From Eledone cirrhosa (Eukaryota): 64,000 nt of DNA. This document shows, one piece after another, positions 25,323 through 37,450 of this stretch (its first letter is position 1; every line of letters begins with the position of its first letter). The stretch is taken from positions 133,734,001 to 133,798,000 of the forward strand of contig OZ024743.1 in assembly GCA_964016885.1 (NCBI GenBank), read 5' to 3'. The translations under genes and the position numbers were made by a program. Under the pieces are notes generated by a model. It searched no databases. It was not told where the DNA came from and saw only the letters and a program-made list of their open reading frames with translations.

Positions 25323-26865
25323 GTGTTTGGTGCTTGGTGGTTGGTGCTTGTTGTTCGGTGATTGGTGCTTGGTGTTTGGTGGTTGGTGCTTGGGGCTTGG
25401 TGTTTGATGCTGCGTGCTTGGTGCTTGGTGCTTGGTGCTTGGTGTTTTGTGTTTGGTGTTTGATGCTTGGTGTTTGGTGTTTGGTGTTTGGTGCTTGGTG
25501 CTTGGTGTTTGGTGTTTGATGCTTGGTGCTTGATGCTTGGTGCTTGGTGCTTGGTGTTTGGTGCTTGGTGCTTGGTGATTGTACTTGGTGCTTGGTGCTT
25601 GGTGTTTGGTGCTTGGTGTTTGGTGCTTGGTGTTTGGTGTTTGCTCTTTGCTGTATGGTGTTTGGTGTTTGCTGCTTGGTGTTTGGTGTTTGGTGTTTGC
25701 TGTTTGGTGTTTGCTGTTTGGTGCTTGGTGTTTGGTGTTTGGTGCTTGGTGCTTGGGGCTTGGCGTTTGGTGCTTGGTGCTTGGTGCTTGGTGTTTGGTG
25801 TTTGGTGCTTGGTGTTTGGTGCTTGGTGCTTGGTGCTGGGTGTTTGGTGCTTGGTGCTTGGTGTTTGGTGCATGGTGCTTGGTTTTTGGTGTTTGTCGCT
25901 TGATGCTTGGTGCTTGGTGTTTGGTGCTTGGTGTTTGGTGTTTTGTGCTTGGTGCTTGGTGTTTGGTGTTTGGTGCTTGATGTTTGGTGTTTGGTGCTTG
26001 GTGCTTGGTGTTTGTTGCTTGGTACTTGGTGCATTGTGTTTGATGCTTGGTGTTTGATGCTTGGTGCTTGGTGTTTGGTGCTTGGTGTTTGTACTTGGTG
26101 CTTGGTGCTTGGTGTTTTGTGCTTGGTTCTTGGTGTTTGTTGTTTGGTGCTTTCTGCTTGCTGCTTGGTGTTTGGTGCTTGGTGATTGGTGCTTGGTGTT
26201 TGGTGCTTGGTGCTTGGTGTTTGGTGTTTGGTGCTAGGTGCTTGGTGTTTGGTGTCTGGTGTTTGGTGCTTGGTGTTTGGTGTTTGGTGCTTCGTGCTTG
26301 GGGCTTGGTGTTTGGTGCTAGGTGCTTGGTGCTTGGTGCTTGGTGTTTGGTGCTTGGTGTTTGGTGCTTGGTACTTGGGGCTTGGTGTTTGGTGCTTGGT
26401 GCTTGGTGTTTGGTGCTTGGTGCTTGGTGTTTGGTGTTTGGTGCTTGGTGCTTGGTGCTGGGTGGTTGGTGTTTGGTGCTTGGTGCTTGGTGTTTGGTGC
26501 TTGGTGCTTGGTGCTTGGTGTTTGGTGCTTGGTGCTTGGTGCTTTGTCTTTGGTGCTTGGTGTTTGGTGTTTGGTGTTTGGTGCTTGGTGCTTGGTGTTT
26601 GGTGCTTGGTGCTTGGTGATTAGTGTTTGGTGCTTGGTGCTTGTGGTTTGGTGTTTGGTGCTTGGTGCTTGGTGTTGGGTGCTTGGTGCTTGGTGTTTGG
26701 TGCTTGGTGTTTGGTTTTTGCTGTTTGGTGTTTGGTGTTTGGTGTTTGCTGTTTGCTGTTTGGTGTCTGCTTTTTGGTGTTTGGTGTTTGCTGTATGGTG
26801 TTTGCTGTTTCATGTTTATTGTTTGCTGTTTGGTGTTTGGTGTTTGGTGTTTGGTGTTTCCTGTT

Positions 26866-29800
26866 TGGTCTTTAGTCTTTGGTGCTTGGTGTTTGGTGCT
26901 TGGTGCTTGGTGTTTGGTGCTTGGTGCTTGTTGTTTGGTGATTTGTGCTTGGTGCTTGGTGTTTGGTGTTTGGTGCTTGGGTCTTGGTGTTTGGTGCTGC
27001 GTGGTTGGTGCTTGGTGCTTGGTGCTTGGTGTTTTGTGTTTGGTGTTTGATGCTTGGTGTTTGGTGTTTGGTGTTTGGTGCTTGGTGCTTGGTGTTTGGT
27101 GTTTGATGCTTGGTGCTTGATGCTTGGTGCTTGGTGTTTGGTGCTTGTTGTTTGTACTTGGTGCTTGGTGCTTGGTGTTTGGTGCTTGGTGTTTGGTGCT
27201 TGGCGTTTGGTCTTTGCTGTTTGCTGTTTGCTGTTTGGTATTTGCTGTTTGGTGTTTGGTGTTTGCTGTTTGGTGTTTAATGTTTGGTGTTTGGTGCTTG
27301 CTGTTTGGTGCTTGGTGTTTGGTGCTTGGTGTTTGGTGTTTGGTGTTTGGTGTTTGGTGCTTGGTGCTTGGGGCTTGGTGTTTGGTGCTTGGTGCTTGGT
27401 GCTTGGTGTTTGGTGTTTGGTGCTTGGTGTTTGGTGCTTGCTGTTTGGTGCTTGGTGCTGGGTGTTTGGTGCTTGGTGTTTGGTGCATGGTGCTTGGTGC
27501 TTGGTGTTTGTCGCTTGGTGCTTGGTGCTTGGTGTTGGTGCTTGGTGTTTGGTGTTTGGTGCTTGGTGCTTGGTTTTTGGTGTTTGGTGCTTGGTGTTTG
27601 GTGCTTGGTGCTTGGTGTTTGTTGCTTGGTACTTGGTGCATGGTGTTTGGTGCTGGGTGCTTGGTGTTTGGTGCTTGGTGTTTGGTGCTTGGTGCTTGGT
27701 GTTTGGTGTTTGGTGTTTGATGCTTGGTGTTTGATGCTTGGTGCTTGGTGCTTGGTGTTTGGTGCTTGGTGTTTGTACTTGGTGCTTGGTGTTTTGTGCT
27801 TGGTTCTTTGTGTTTGGTGTTTGGTGCTTGGTGCTTGGTGCTTGGTGTTAGGTGTTTGGTGCTTGGTGCTTGGTGTTTGGTGTTTGGTCCTTGGTGCTTG
27901 GTGTTTAGTGCTTGGTGCTTGGAGTTTGTTGTTTGGTGTTTTCTGCTTGCTGCTTGGTGTTTGGTGCTTGGTGCTTGGTGCTTGGTGTATGGTGTTTGGT
28001 CCTTGGTGCTTGGTGTTTAGTGCTTGGTACTTGGTGTTTGGTGTTTGGTGTTTGATGCTTGGTGTTTGGTGCTTGGTGTTTGGTGTTTTGTGCTTGGTGC
28101 TTGGGGTTTGGTGTTTAGTGCTTGGTGCTTGGTGCTTGGTGTTTGGTGCTTGGTGCTTGCTGTTTGGTGTTTGGTGCTTGGTGCTTGGTGTTTGGTGCTT
28201 GGTGCTTGGTGCTGGGTGGTTGGTATTTGGTGCTTGGTGCTTGGTGTTTGGTGCTTGGTGCTTGGTGCTTGGTGTTTGGTGCTTGGTGCTTGGTGCTTGG
28301 TCTTTGGTGCTTGGTGTTTGGTGCTTGGTGCTTGGTGCTTGGTGTTTGGTGCTTGGTGATTAGTGTTTGGTGATTGGTGCTTGGGGTTTGGTGTTTGGTG
28401 CTTGGTACTTGGTGTTTGGTGCTTGGTGTTTGGTGTTTGCTGTTTGGTGTTTGGTGTTTGGTGTTTGCTGTTTGCTTTTTGGTGTTTGGTGTTTGCTGTA
28501 TGGTGTTTGCTGTTTGGTGTTTGGTGTTTGCTGTTTGGTGTTTGGTGTTTGCTGTTTGGTGCTTGGTGCTTGGTGTTTGGTGTTTGGTGCTTGGTGCTTG
28601 GTGTTTGGTGTTTGTTGCTTGGTGCTTGGTGCTTGGTGTTTGGTGTTTGGTGTTTGGTGCTTGGTGTCTGGTGCTTGGTGTTTGGTGTTTGGTGTTTGGT
28701 GCTTGGTGTTTGGTGTTTGGTGTTTGGTGCTTGGTGTTTGGTGTTTGGTGTTTGGTGTTTGGTGCTTGTTGCTTGGTGCTTGGTGCTTGGTGTTTGGTGC
28801 TTGGTGCTTGGTGTTTGTTGCTGGGTGCTTGGTGTTTGGTGCTTGGTGCTTGGTGTTTGGTGTTTGGTGCTTGGTGCTTGGTGTTTGGTGTTTGGTGTTA
28901 TATGCTTGGTGTTTGATGCTTGGTGCTTGGTGCTTGGTATTTGGTGTTTGGTGTTTGGTGCTTGGTGTTTGATGCTTGGTGCTTGGTCCTTGGTGTTTGG
29001 TGCTTGGTGCTTGGTGCTTGGTGTTTGTACTTGGTGCTTGGTGCTTGGTTCTTGGTGCTTGGTGCTTGGTGCTTGGTGCTTTGTGCTTGGTGTTTGGTGC
29101 TTGGTGTTTGGTGCTTGGTGTTTGGTGCTTGGTGCCTGGTGCTTGGTGCTTGGTGCTTGGTGTTTGGTGCTTGGTGTTTGGTGCTTGGTGTTAGGTGTTT
29201 GGTGCTTGGTGCTTGGTGTTTGGTGTTTGGTGCTTGGTGTTTGGTGCTTGGTGCTTGGTGTTTGGTGTTTGGTGCTTGGTGTTTGGTGCTTGGTACTTGG
29301 TGCTTGGTGCTTGGTGTTAGGTGTTTGGTGCTTGGTGCTTGGTGTTTGGTTTTTGGTGATTGTTGCTTGGTGTTTGGTGTTTGGTGCTTGCTGCTGGCTG
29401 CTTGGTGTTTGGTGCTTGGTGATTGGTGCTTGGTGTTTGGTGCTTGGTGTTTGGTGTTTGGTACTAGGTGCTTGGTGATTGGTGTTTGGCGCTTGGTGCT
29501 TGGTGTTTGGTGTTTGGTGTTTGGTGCTTGCTGCTTGGTGCTTGGTGCTGGGTGGTTGGTGTTTGGTGCTTGGTGATTAGTGTTTGGTGCTAGGTGCTTG
29601 GGGTTTGGTGTTTGGTGCTTGGTGCTTGGTGTTTGGTGCTTGGTGCTTGGTGTTTGGTGCTTGGTGCTTGGTGTTTGCTGTTTGCTGTTTGCTGTTTGGT
29701 GTTTGTTGTTTGGCGTTTGTTGTTTGGTGTTTGCTGTTTGGTGTTTGGTATTTGGTGTTTGCTGTTTGGTGTCTGCTTTTTGGTGTTTGGTGTTTGCTGT

Positions 29801-32800
29801 ATGTTGTTTGGTGTTTGGTGTTTGCTGTATGTTGTTTGCTGTTTGGTGTTTGGTGTTTGGTGTTTGGTGTTTGGTGCTTGGTGCTTGGTGTTTGGTGCTT
29901 GGTGCTTGGTGTTTGGTGCCTGGTGCTTGGTACTTGGTGTTTGGTGTTTGGTGCTTGGTGCTTGGTGCTTGGAGTTTGGTGTTTGGTGCTTGGTGCTTGG
30001 TGTTTTGTGTTTGGTGTTTGGTTTTTGGTGCTTGATGCTTGGTGCTTGGTGCTTAGTCCTTGGTGTTTGGTGCTTGGTGCTTGGTGTTTGTACTTGGTGC
30101 TTGGTGCTTGGTGTTTGGTTCTTGGTTCTTGGTGTTTGGTACTTGGTGCTTGGTGCTTGGTGCTTGGTGTTAGGTGTTTGGTGCTTGGTGCTTGGTGTTT
30201 GGTGCTTGGTGTTTGCTGTCTGGTGTTTGGTGTTTGGTGTTTGGTGTTTGCTGTTTGGTGTCTGCTTTTTGGTGTTTGGTGTTTGCTGTATGGTGTTTGC
30301 TGTTTGGTGTTTGGTGCTTCGTGTTTGGTGTTTGGTCTTTGGTGCTTGGTGTCTGGTGCTTGATGTTTGGTGTTTGGTGTTTGGTGCTTGGTGCTTGGTG
30401 TTTGGTGCTTGGTGCTTGGTGTTTGTACTTGGTGCTTGGTGCTTGGTGTTTGGTGCTTGGTTCTTGGTGTTTGGTGCTTGGTGTTTGGTGCTTGGTGCTT
30501 GGTGTTTGGTGCTTGGTGCTTGGTGTTTGGTGTTTGGTGCTTGGTGCTTGGTGCTTGGTGTTAGGTGTTTGGTGCTTGGTGCTTGGTGTTTAGTGTTTGG
30601 TTCTTGGTGCTTGGTGTTTGGTGCTTGGTGCTTGGTGTTTGGTGCTTGGTGCTTGGTGTTTGTACTTGGTGCTTGGTGCTTGGTGTTTGGTGCTTGGTTC
30701 TTGGTGTTTGGTGCTTGGTGTTTGGTGCTTGGTGCTTGGTGTTTGGTGCTTGGTGCTTGGTGTTTGGTGTTTGGTGTTTGGTGCTTGGTGCTTGGTGTTT
30801 GGTGTTTGGTGCTTGGTGCTTGCTGCTTGGTGTTTGGTGCTTGGTGATTGATGCTTGGTGTTTGGTGCTTGGTGCCCAGTGTTTGGTTTTTGGTGCTAGG
30901 TGCTTGGTGCATGGTGTTTGGTGCTTGGTGTTTGGTGTTTGGTGGTTGGTGCTTGGGGATTGGTGTTTGGTACTTGGTGCTTGGTGCTTGGTGTTTGGTG
31001 CTTGGTGCTTGGTGTTTGGTGTTTGGTGCTTGGTGCTTGGTATTTGGTGCTTGGTGCTTGGTGTTTGGTGTTTGGTGCTTGGTGCTTGGTGTTTGGTGCT
31101 TGGTGCTTGGTGCTTGTTGTTTGGTGATTGGTGCTTGGTGCTTGGTGCTTGGTGCTTGGTGCTTGGTGCTTGGTGTTTGATGCTTGGTGTTTGATGCTTT
31201 GTGTTTGGTGTTTGGTGTTTGGTGCTTGGTGTTTGGTGCTTGATGCTTGGTGCTTGATGCTTTGTGCTTGGTGCTTGGTGTTTGGTGCTTGGTGCTTGGT
31301 GTTTGGTGTTTGGTGCTTGGTGCTTGGTGTTTGGTGCTTGGTGCTTGGTGCTTGTTGTTTGATGATTGGTACTTGGTACTTGGTGTTTGGTGTTTGGTGC
31401 TTGGGGCTTGGTGTTTGGTGCTGCGTGCTTGGTGCTTGGTGCTTGGTGCTTGGTGCTTGGTGTTTTGTGTTTGGTGTTTGATGCTTGGTGCTTGGTGTTT
31501 GGTGTTTGGTGCTTGGTGTTTGGTGTTTGCTGTTTGCTGTTTGCTGTTTGGTGTTTGCTGTTTGGTGTTTGGTGTTTGGTGTTTGCTGTTTGTTGTTTGT
31601 TGTTTGGTGTTTGGTGCTTGCTGTTTGGTGCTTGGTGTTTGGTGCTTGGTGCCTGGTGTTTGGTGTTTGGTGTTTGGTGCTTGGTGCTTGGGGCTTGATT
31701 TGGTGCTTGGTGCTTGGTGCTTGGTGTTTGGTGTTTGGTGCTTGGTGTTTGGTGCTTGGTGCTTGGTGCTGGGTGTTTGGTGCTAGGTGTTTGGTGCATG
31801 GTGCTTGGTGCTTGTTGTTTGTCGCTTGTTGCTTGGTGCTTGGTGTTTGGTGCTTGGTGCTTGGTGTTTGGTGTTTGGTGCTTGGTGCTTGGTGTTTGGT
31901 GTTTGGTGCTTGGTGTTTGGTGTTTGGTGCTTGGTGCTTGGTGTTTGCTGCTTGGTACTTGGTGCATGGTGTTTGGTGCTGGGTGCTTGGTGTTTGGTGC
32001 TTGGTGTTTGGTGCTTGGTGCTTGGTGTTTGGTGTTTGGTGTTTGATGCTTGGTGTTTTATGCTTGGTGCTTGGTGTTTGGTGCTTGGTGTTTGTACTTG
32101 GTGCTTGGTGCTTGGTGTTTTGTGCTTGGTTCTTGGTGTTTGGTGTTTGGTGCTTGGTACTTGGTGCTTGGTGTTAGGTGTTTGGTGCTTGGTGCTTGGT
32201 GTTTGGTGTTTGGTCCTTGGTGCTTGGTGCTTGGTGTTTAGTGCTTGGTGCTTGGTGTTTGTTGTTTGGTGCTTTCTGCTTGCTGCTTGGTGTTTGCTGC
32301 TTGGTGCTTGGTGCTTGGTGTTTGGTGTTTGGTGCTAGGTGCTTGGTGTTTGGTGTTTGGTGTTTGATGCTTGGTGTTTGGTGCTTGGTGTTTGGTGCTT
32401 GGTGCTTGGGGCTTGGTGTTTGGTGCTTGGTGCTTGGTGCTTGGTGTTTGGTGCTTGGTGTTTGGTGTTTGGTGTTTGATGCTTGGTGTTTGGTGCTTGG
32501 TGTTTGGTGCTTGGCGCTTGGGGCTTGGTGTTTGGTGTTTGGTGCTTGGTGCTTGGTGTTTGGTGCTTGGTGCTTGGTGCTGGGTGGTTGGTATTTGGTG
32601 CTTGGTGCTTGGTGTTTGGTGCTTGGTGCTTGGTGCTTGGTGTTTGGTGTTTGGTGCTTGGTGCTTGGTCTTTGGTGCTTGGTGTTTGGTGTTTGGTGCT
32701 TGGTGCTTTGTGTTTGGTGCTTGGTGATTAGTGTTTGGTGCTTGGTGCTTGGGGTTTGGTGTTTGGTGCTTGGTACTTGGTGTTTGGTGCTTGGTGTTTG

Positions 32801-32816
32801 GTGTTTGCTGTTTGGT
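26866..32816. repeat. Dispersed, slightly diverged copy of window positions 1-~5763 (offset 26865-27109)
   Basis: TGGTCTTTAGTCTTTGG occurs at 1 and 26866. ORF pairs 189/27054, 1470/28363, 3253/30174 and 5318/32371 match. The copies differ by scattered SNPs and monomer-multiple indels. Confidence 0.92.
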
Positions 32817-34010
32817 TTTTGGTGCTTGGTGCTTGGTGTTTGGTGTTTGGTGCTTGCTGCTGGCTGCTTGGTGTTTGGTGCTTGGTGATTGGTGCTTGGT
32901 GCTTGGTGTTTGGTGCTTGGTGCTTGGTGTTTGGTGTTTGGTGCTTGGTGCTTGGTGTTTGGTGCTTGGTGCTGGGTGCTGGGTGGTTGGTGTTTGGTGT
33001 TTGGTGTTTGGTGCTGGGTGCTTGGTGTTTGGTGCTTGGTGCTTGGTCTTTGGTCTTTGGTGTTTGGTGTTTGGTGCTTGGTACTTGGTGCTTGGTGTTT
33101 GGTGCTTGGTGCTTGGTGTTTGGTGCTTGGTGCTTAGTGTTTGGTGCTAGGTGCTTGGGGTTTGGTGTTTGGTGCTTGGTGCTTGGTGTTTGGTGCTTGG
33201 TGCTTGGTGTTTGGTGTTTGGTGCTTGGTGCTTGGTGTTTGGTGTTTGGTGTTTGCTGTTTGGTGTTTGGTGTTTGGTGTTTGCTGTTTGGTGTCTGCTT
33301 TTTGGTGTTTGGTGTTGGCTGTATGTTATTTGCTGTTTGGTGTTTGGCGTTTGGTGTTTGGTGCTTGGTGCTTGGTGTTTGGTGTTTGGTGCTTGGTGCT
33401 TGGAGTTTGGTGTTTGGTGCTTGGTGCTTGGTGTTTTGTGTTTGGTGTTTGGTTTTTGGTGCTTGGTGCTTGGTGCTTGTTGCTTGTTCCTTGGTGTTTG
33501 GTGCTTGGTGCTTGGTGTTTGTACTTGGTGCTTGGTGCTTGGTGTTTGGTTCTTGGTTCTTGGTGTTTGGTACTTGGTGCTTGGTGCTTGGTGCTTGGTG
33601 TTTGGTGTTTGGTGCTTGGTGTTTGGTGCCTGGTGCTTGGTGCTTGGTGTTAGGTGTTTGGTGCTTGGTGCTTGGTGTTTGGTGCTTGGTGTTTGGTGTT
33701 TGCTGTTTGGTGTTTGGTGTTTGGTGTTTGGTGTTTGCTGTTTGGTGTCTGCTTTTTGGTGTTTGGTGTTTGCTGTATGGTGTTTGCTGTTTCGTGTTTG
33801 GTGTTTGCTGTTTGGTGTTTGGTGTTTGCTGTTTGGTGTTTGGTCTTTGGTGCTTGGTGTTTGGTGCTTGGTGCTTGGTGTTTGGTGTTTGGTGCTTGGT
33901 GCTTGGTGCTTCGTGTTTGGTGTTTGGTGCTTGGTGTCTGGAGCTTGGTGTTTGGTGTTTGGTGCTTGGTGTTTGGTGTTTGGTGCTTGGTGCTTGGTGT
34001 TTGGTGCTTG
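32813..34010. repeat. Dispersed copy of ~20545-21745 (offset 12268), equivalent to ~14505-15710
   Basis: ORF pairs 20621/32889, 20873/33141 and 21386/33654 match, and both copies share the private string TTGGCTGTATGTTATTTGC. Confidence 0.88.
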
Positions 34011-37000
34011 GTGCTTGGTGTTTGTACTTGGTGCTTGGTGCTTGGTGTTTGGTGCTTGGTTCTTGGTGTTTGGTGCTTGGTGTTTGGTGCTTGGTGCTTG
34101 GTGTTTGGTGCTTGGTGCTTGGTGTTTGGTGTTTGGTGCTTGGTGCTTGGTGCTTGGTGTTTGATATTTGGTGCTTGGTGCTTGGTGTTTGGTGTTTGGT
34201 TCTTGGTGCTTGGTATTTGGTGCTTGGTGCTTGCTGCTTGGTGTTTGGTGCTTGGTGATTGATGCTTGGTGTTTGATGCTTGGTGCTTGGTGTTTGGTTT
34301 TTGGTGCTAGGTGCTTGGTGCTTGGTGTTTGGTGCTTGGTGTTTGGTGTTTGCTGCTTGGTGCTTGGGGCTTGGTGTTTGGTACTTGGTGCTTGGTGCTT
34401 GGTGTTTGGTGCTTGGTGCTTGGTGTATGGTGTTTGGTGTTTGGTGCTTGGTGTTTGGTGTTTGGTGCTTGGTGCTTGGTGTTTGTTGCTTGGTACTTGG
34501 TTCATGGTGTTTGGTGCCGGGTGCTTGGTGTTTGGTGCTTGGTGCTTGGTGTTTGGTGTTTGGTGCTTGGTGTTTGGTGTTTGGTGCTTGGTGCTTGGTG
34601 TTTGTTTGCTTGGTACTTGGTGCATGGTGTTTGGTGCTGGGTGCTTGGTGTTTGGTGCTTGGTGTTTGGTGCTTGGTGCTTGGTGTTTGGTGTTTGGTGT
34701 TTGATGCTTGGTGTTTGATGCTTGGTGCTTGGTGCTTGGTGTTTGGTGCTTGGTGTTTGTACTTGGTGCTTGGTGTTTTGTGCTTGGTTCTTTGTGTTTG
34801 GTGTTTGGTGCTTGGTGCTTGGTGTTTGATCCTTGGTGCTTGGTATTTAGTGCTTGGTGCTTGGTGTTTGTTGTTTGGTGCTTTCTGCTTGCTGCTTGGC
34901 GTTTGGTGCTTGGTGCTTGGTGCTTGGTGTTTGGTGTTTGGTGCTAGGTGCTTGGTGTTTGGTGTTTGGTGTTTGATGCTTGGTGTTTGGTGCTTGGTGT
35001 TTGGTGTTTTGTGCTTGGTGCTTGGGGCTTGGTGTTTAGTGCTTGGTGCTTGGTGCTTGGTGTTTGGTGCTTGGTGCTTGGTGTTTGGTGTTTGGTGTTT
35101 GGTGCTTGGTGCTTGGTGTTTGGTGCTTGGTGCTTGGTGCTGTGTGGTTGGTATTTGGTGCTTGGTGCTTGGTGTTTGGTGCTTGGTGCTTGGTGCTTGG
35201 TGTTTGGTGCTTGGTGCTTGGTGCTTGGTCTTTGGTGCTTGGTGTTTGGTGCTTGGTGCTTGGTGCTTGGTGTTTGGTGCTTGGTGATTAGTGTTTGGTG
35301 CTTGGTGCTTGGTGTTTGGTGTTTGCTGTTTGGTGTTTGGTGTTTGCTGTTTGCTGTTTGCTGTTTGCTTTTTGGTGTTTGGTGTTTGCTGTTTGGTGTT
35401 TGGTGTTTGCTATTTGGTGTTTGGTCTTTGGTGCTTGGTGTTTGGTGCTTGGTGCTTGGTGTTTGGTGTTTGTTGCTTGGTGCTTGGTGCTTGGTGTTTG
35501 GTGTTTGGTGTTTGGCGCTTGGTGTCTGGTGCTTGGTGTTTGGTGTTTGGTGTTTGGTGCTTGGTGTTTGGTGTTTGGTGTTTGGTGCTTGGTGTTTGGT
35601 GTTTGGTGTTTGGTGTTTGGTGCTTGTTGCTTGGTGCTTGGTGCTTGGGGTTTGGTTCTTGGTTCTTGGTGTTTGGTACTTGGTGCTTGGTGTTTGGTGC
35701 TGGGTGCTTGGTGTTTGGTGTTTGGTGCTTGGTGCTTGGTGTTTGGTGTTTGGTGTTTGGTGTTATATGCTTGGTGTTTGATGCTTGGTGCTTGGTGCTT
35801 GGTATTTGGTGTTTGGTGCTTGGTGTTTGTACTTGGTGCTTGGTTCTTGGTTCTTGGTGCTTGGTGCTTGGTGCTTGGTGCTTGGTGCTTGGTGTTTGGT
35901 GCTTGGTGTTTGGTGCTTGGTGTTTGGTGCTTGGTGCCTGGTGCTTGGTGTTTGGTGCTTGGTGTTTGGTGCTTGGTGTTTGGTGCTTGGTGTTAGGTGT
36001 TTGGTGCTTGGTGCTTGGTGTTTGGTGTTTGGTGCTTGGTGTTTGGTGCTTGGTGCTTGGTGTTTGGTGTTTGGTGCTTGGTGTTTGGTGCTTGGTACTT
36101 GGTGCTTGGTGCTTGGTGTTAGGTGTTTGGTGCTTGGTGCTTGGTGTTTGGTTTTTGGTGCTTGGTGCTTGGTGTTTGGTGTTTGGTGCTTGCTGCTGGC
36201 TGCTTGGTGTTTGGTGCTTGGTGATTGGTGCTTGGTGTTTGGTGCTTGGTGTTTGGTGTTTGGTACTAGGTGCTTGGTGTTTGGTGTTTGGTGCTTGGTG
36301 CTTGGTGTTTGGTGTTTGGTGTTTGGTGCTTGGTGCTTGGTGCTTGGTGCTGGGTGGTTGGTGTTTGGTGCTTGGTGATTAGTGTTTGGTGCTAGGTGCT
36401 TGGGGTTTGGTGTTTGGTGCTTGGTGCTTGGTGTTTGGTGCTTGGTGCTTGGTGTTTGGTGCTTGGTGCTTGGTGTTTGCTGTTTGCTGTTTGCTGTTTG
36501 GTGTTTGTTGTTTGGTGTTTGTTGATTGGTGTTTGCTGTTTGGTGCTTGGTGCTTGGTCTTTGGTGCTTGGTGTTTGGTGTTTGGTGCTTGGTGCTTTGT
36601 GTTTGGTGCTTGGTGATTAGTGTTTGGTGCTTGGTGCTTGGGGTTTGGTGTTTGGTGCTTGGTACTTGGTGTTTGGTGCTTGGTGTTTGGTGTTTGCTGT
36701 TTGGTGTTTGGTGTTTGGTGTTTGCTGTATGGTGTTTGCTGTTTCGTGTTTGGTGTTTGCTGTTTGGTGTTTGGTGTTTGCTGTTTGGTGTTTGGTCTTT
36801 GGTGCTTGGTGTTTGGTGCTTGGTGCTTGGTGTTTGGTGTTTGGTGCTTGGTGTTTGGTGTTTGGTGCTTGGTGCTTGGTGCTTGGTGTTTGGTGTTTGG
36901 TGTTTGGTGCTTGGTGTCTGGTGCTTGGTGTTTGGTGTTTGGTGTTTGGTGCTTGGTGTTTGGTGTTTGGTGTTTGGTGTTTGGTGCTTGTTGCTTGGTA

Positions 37001-37450
37001 CTTGGTGCTTGGTGTTTGGTGCTTGGTGCTTGGTGTTTGGTGCTGGGTGCTTGGTGTTTGGTGCTTGGTGCTTGGTGCTTGGTGTTTGGTGTTTGGTGCT
37101 TGGTGCTTGGTGCTTGGTGTTTGGTGTTTGGTGCTTGGTGTTTTATGCTTGGTGTTTGATGTTTGGTGCTTGGTGCTTGGTGTTTGGTGCTTGGTGCTTG
37201 GTGTTTGTACTTGGTGCTTGGTGCTTGGTTCTTGGTGTTTGGTGCTTGGTGCTTGGTGCTTGGTGCTTGGTGTTTGGTGCTTGGTGTTTGGTGCTTGGTG
37301 TTTGGTGCTTGGTGCCTGGTGCTTGGTGCTTGGTGCTTGGTGTTTGGTGCTTGGTGTTTGGTGCTTGGTATTAGGTGTTTGGTGCTTGGTGCTTGGTGTT
37401 TGGTGTTTGGTGCTTGGTGTTTGGTGCTTGGTGCTTGGTTTTTGGTGTTT

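Noticed and set aside
25236-27641. Long - strand ORFs (up to 801 aa) of TKHQ(A/T)P(S/N) heptads, resembling a mucin or repeat protein
   Set aside because: The - strand is almost T-free, so long open frames are expected. Equivalent ORFs overlap in several frames, 6-bp units shift the peptide phase freely, stops are scattered in all frames, and there are no non-repetitive termini.
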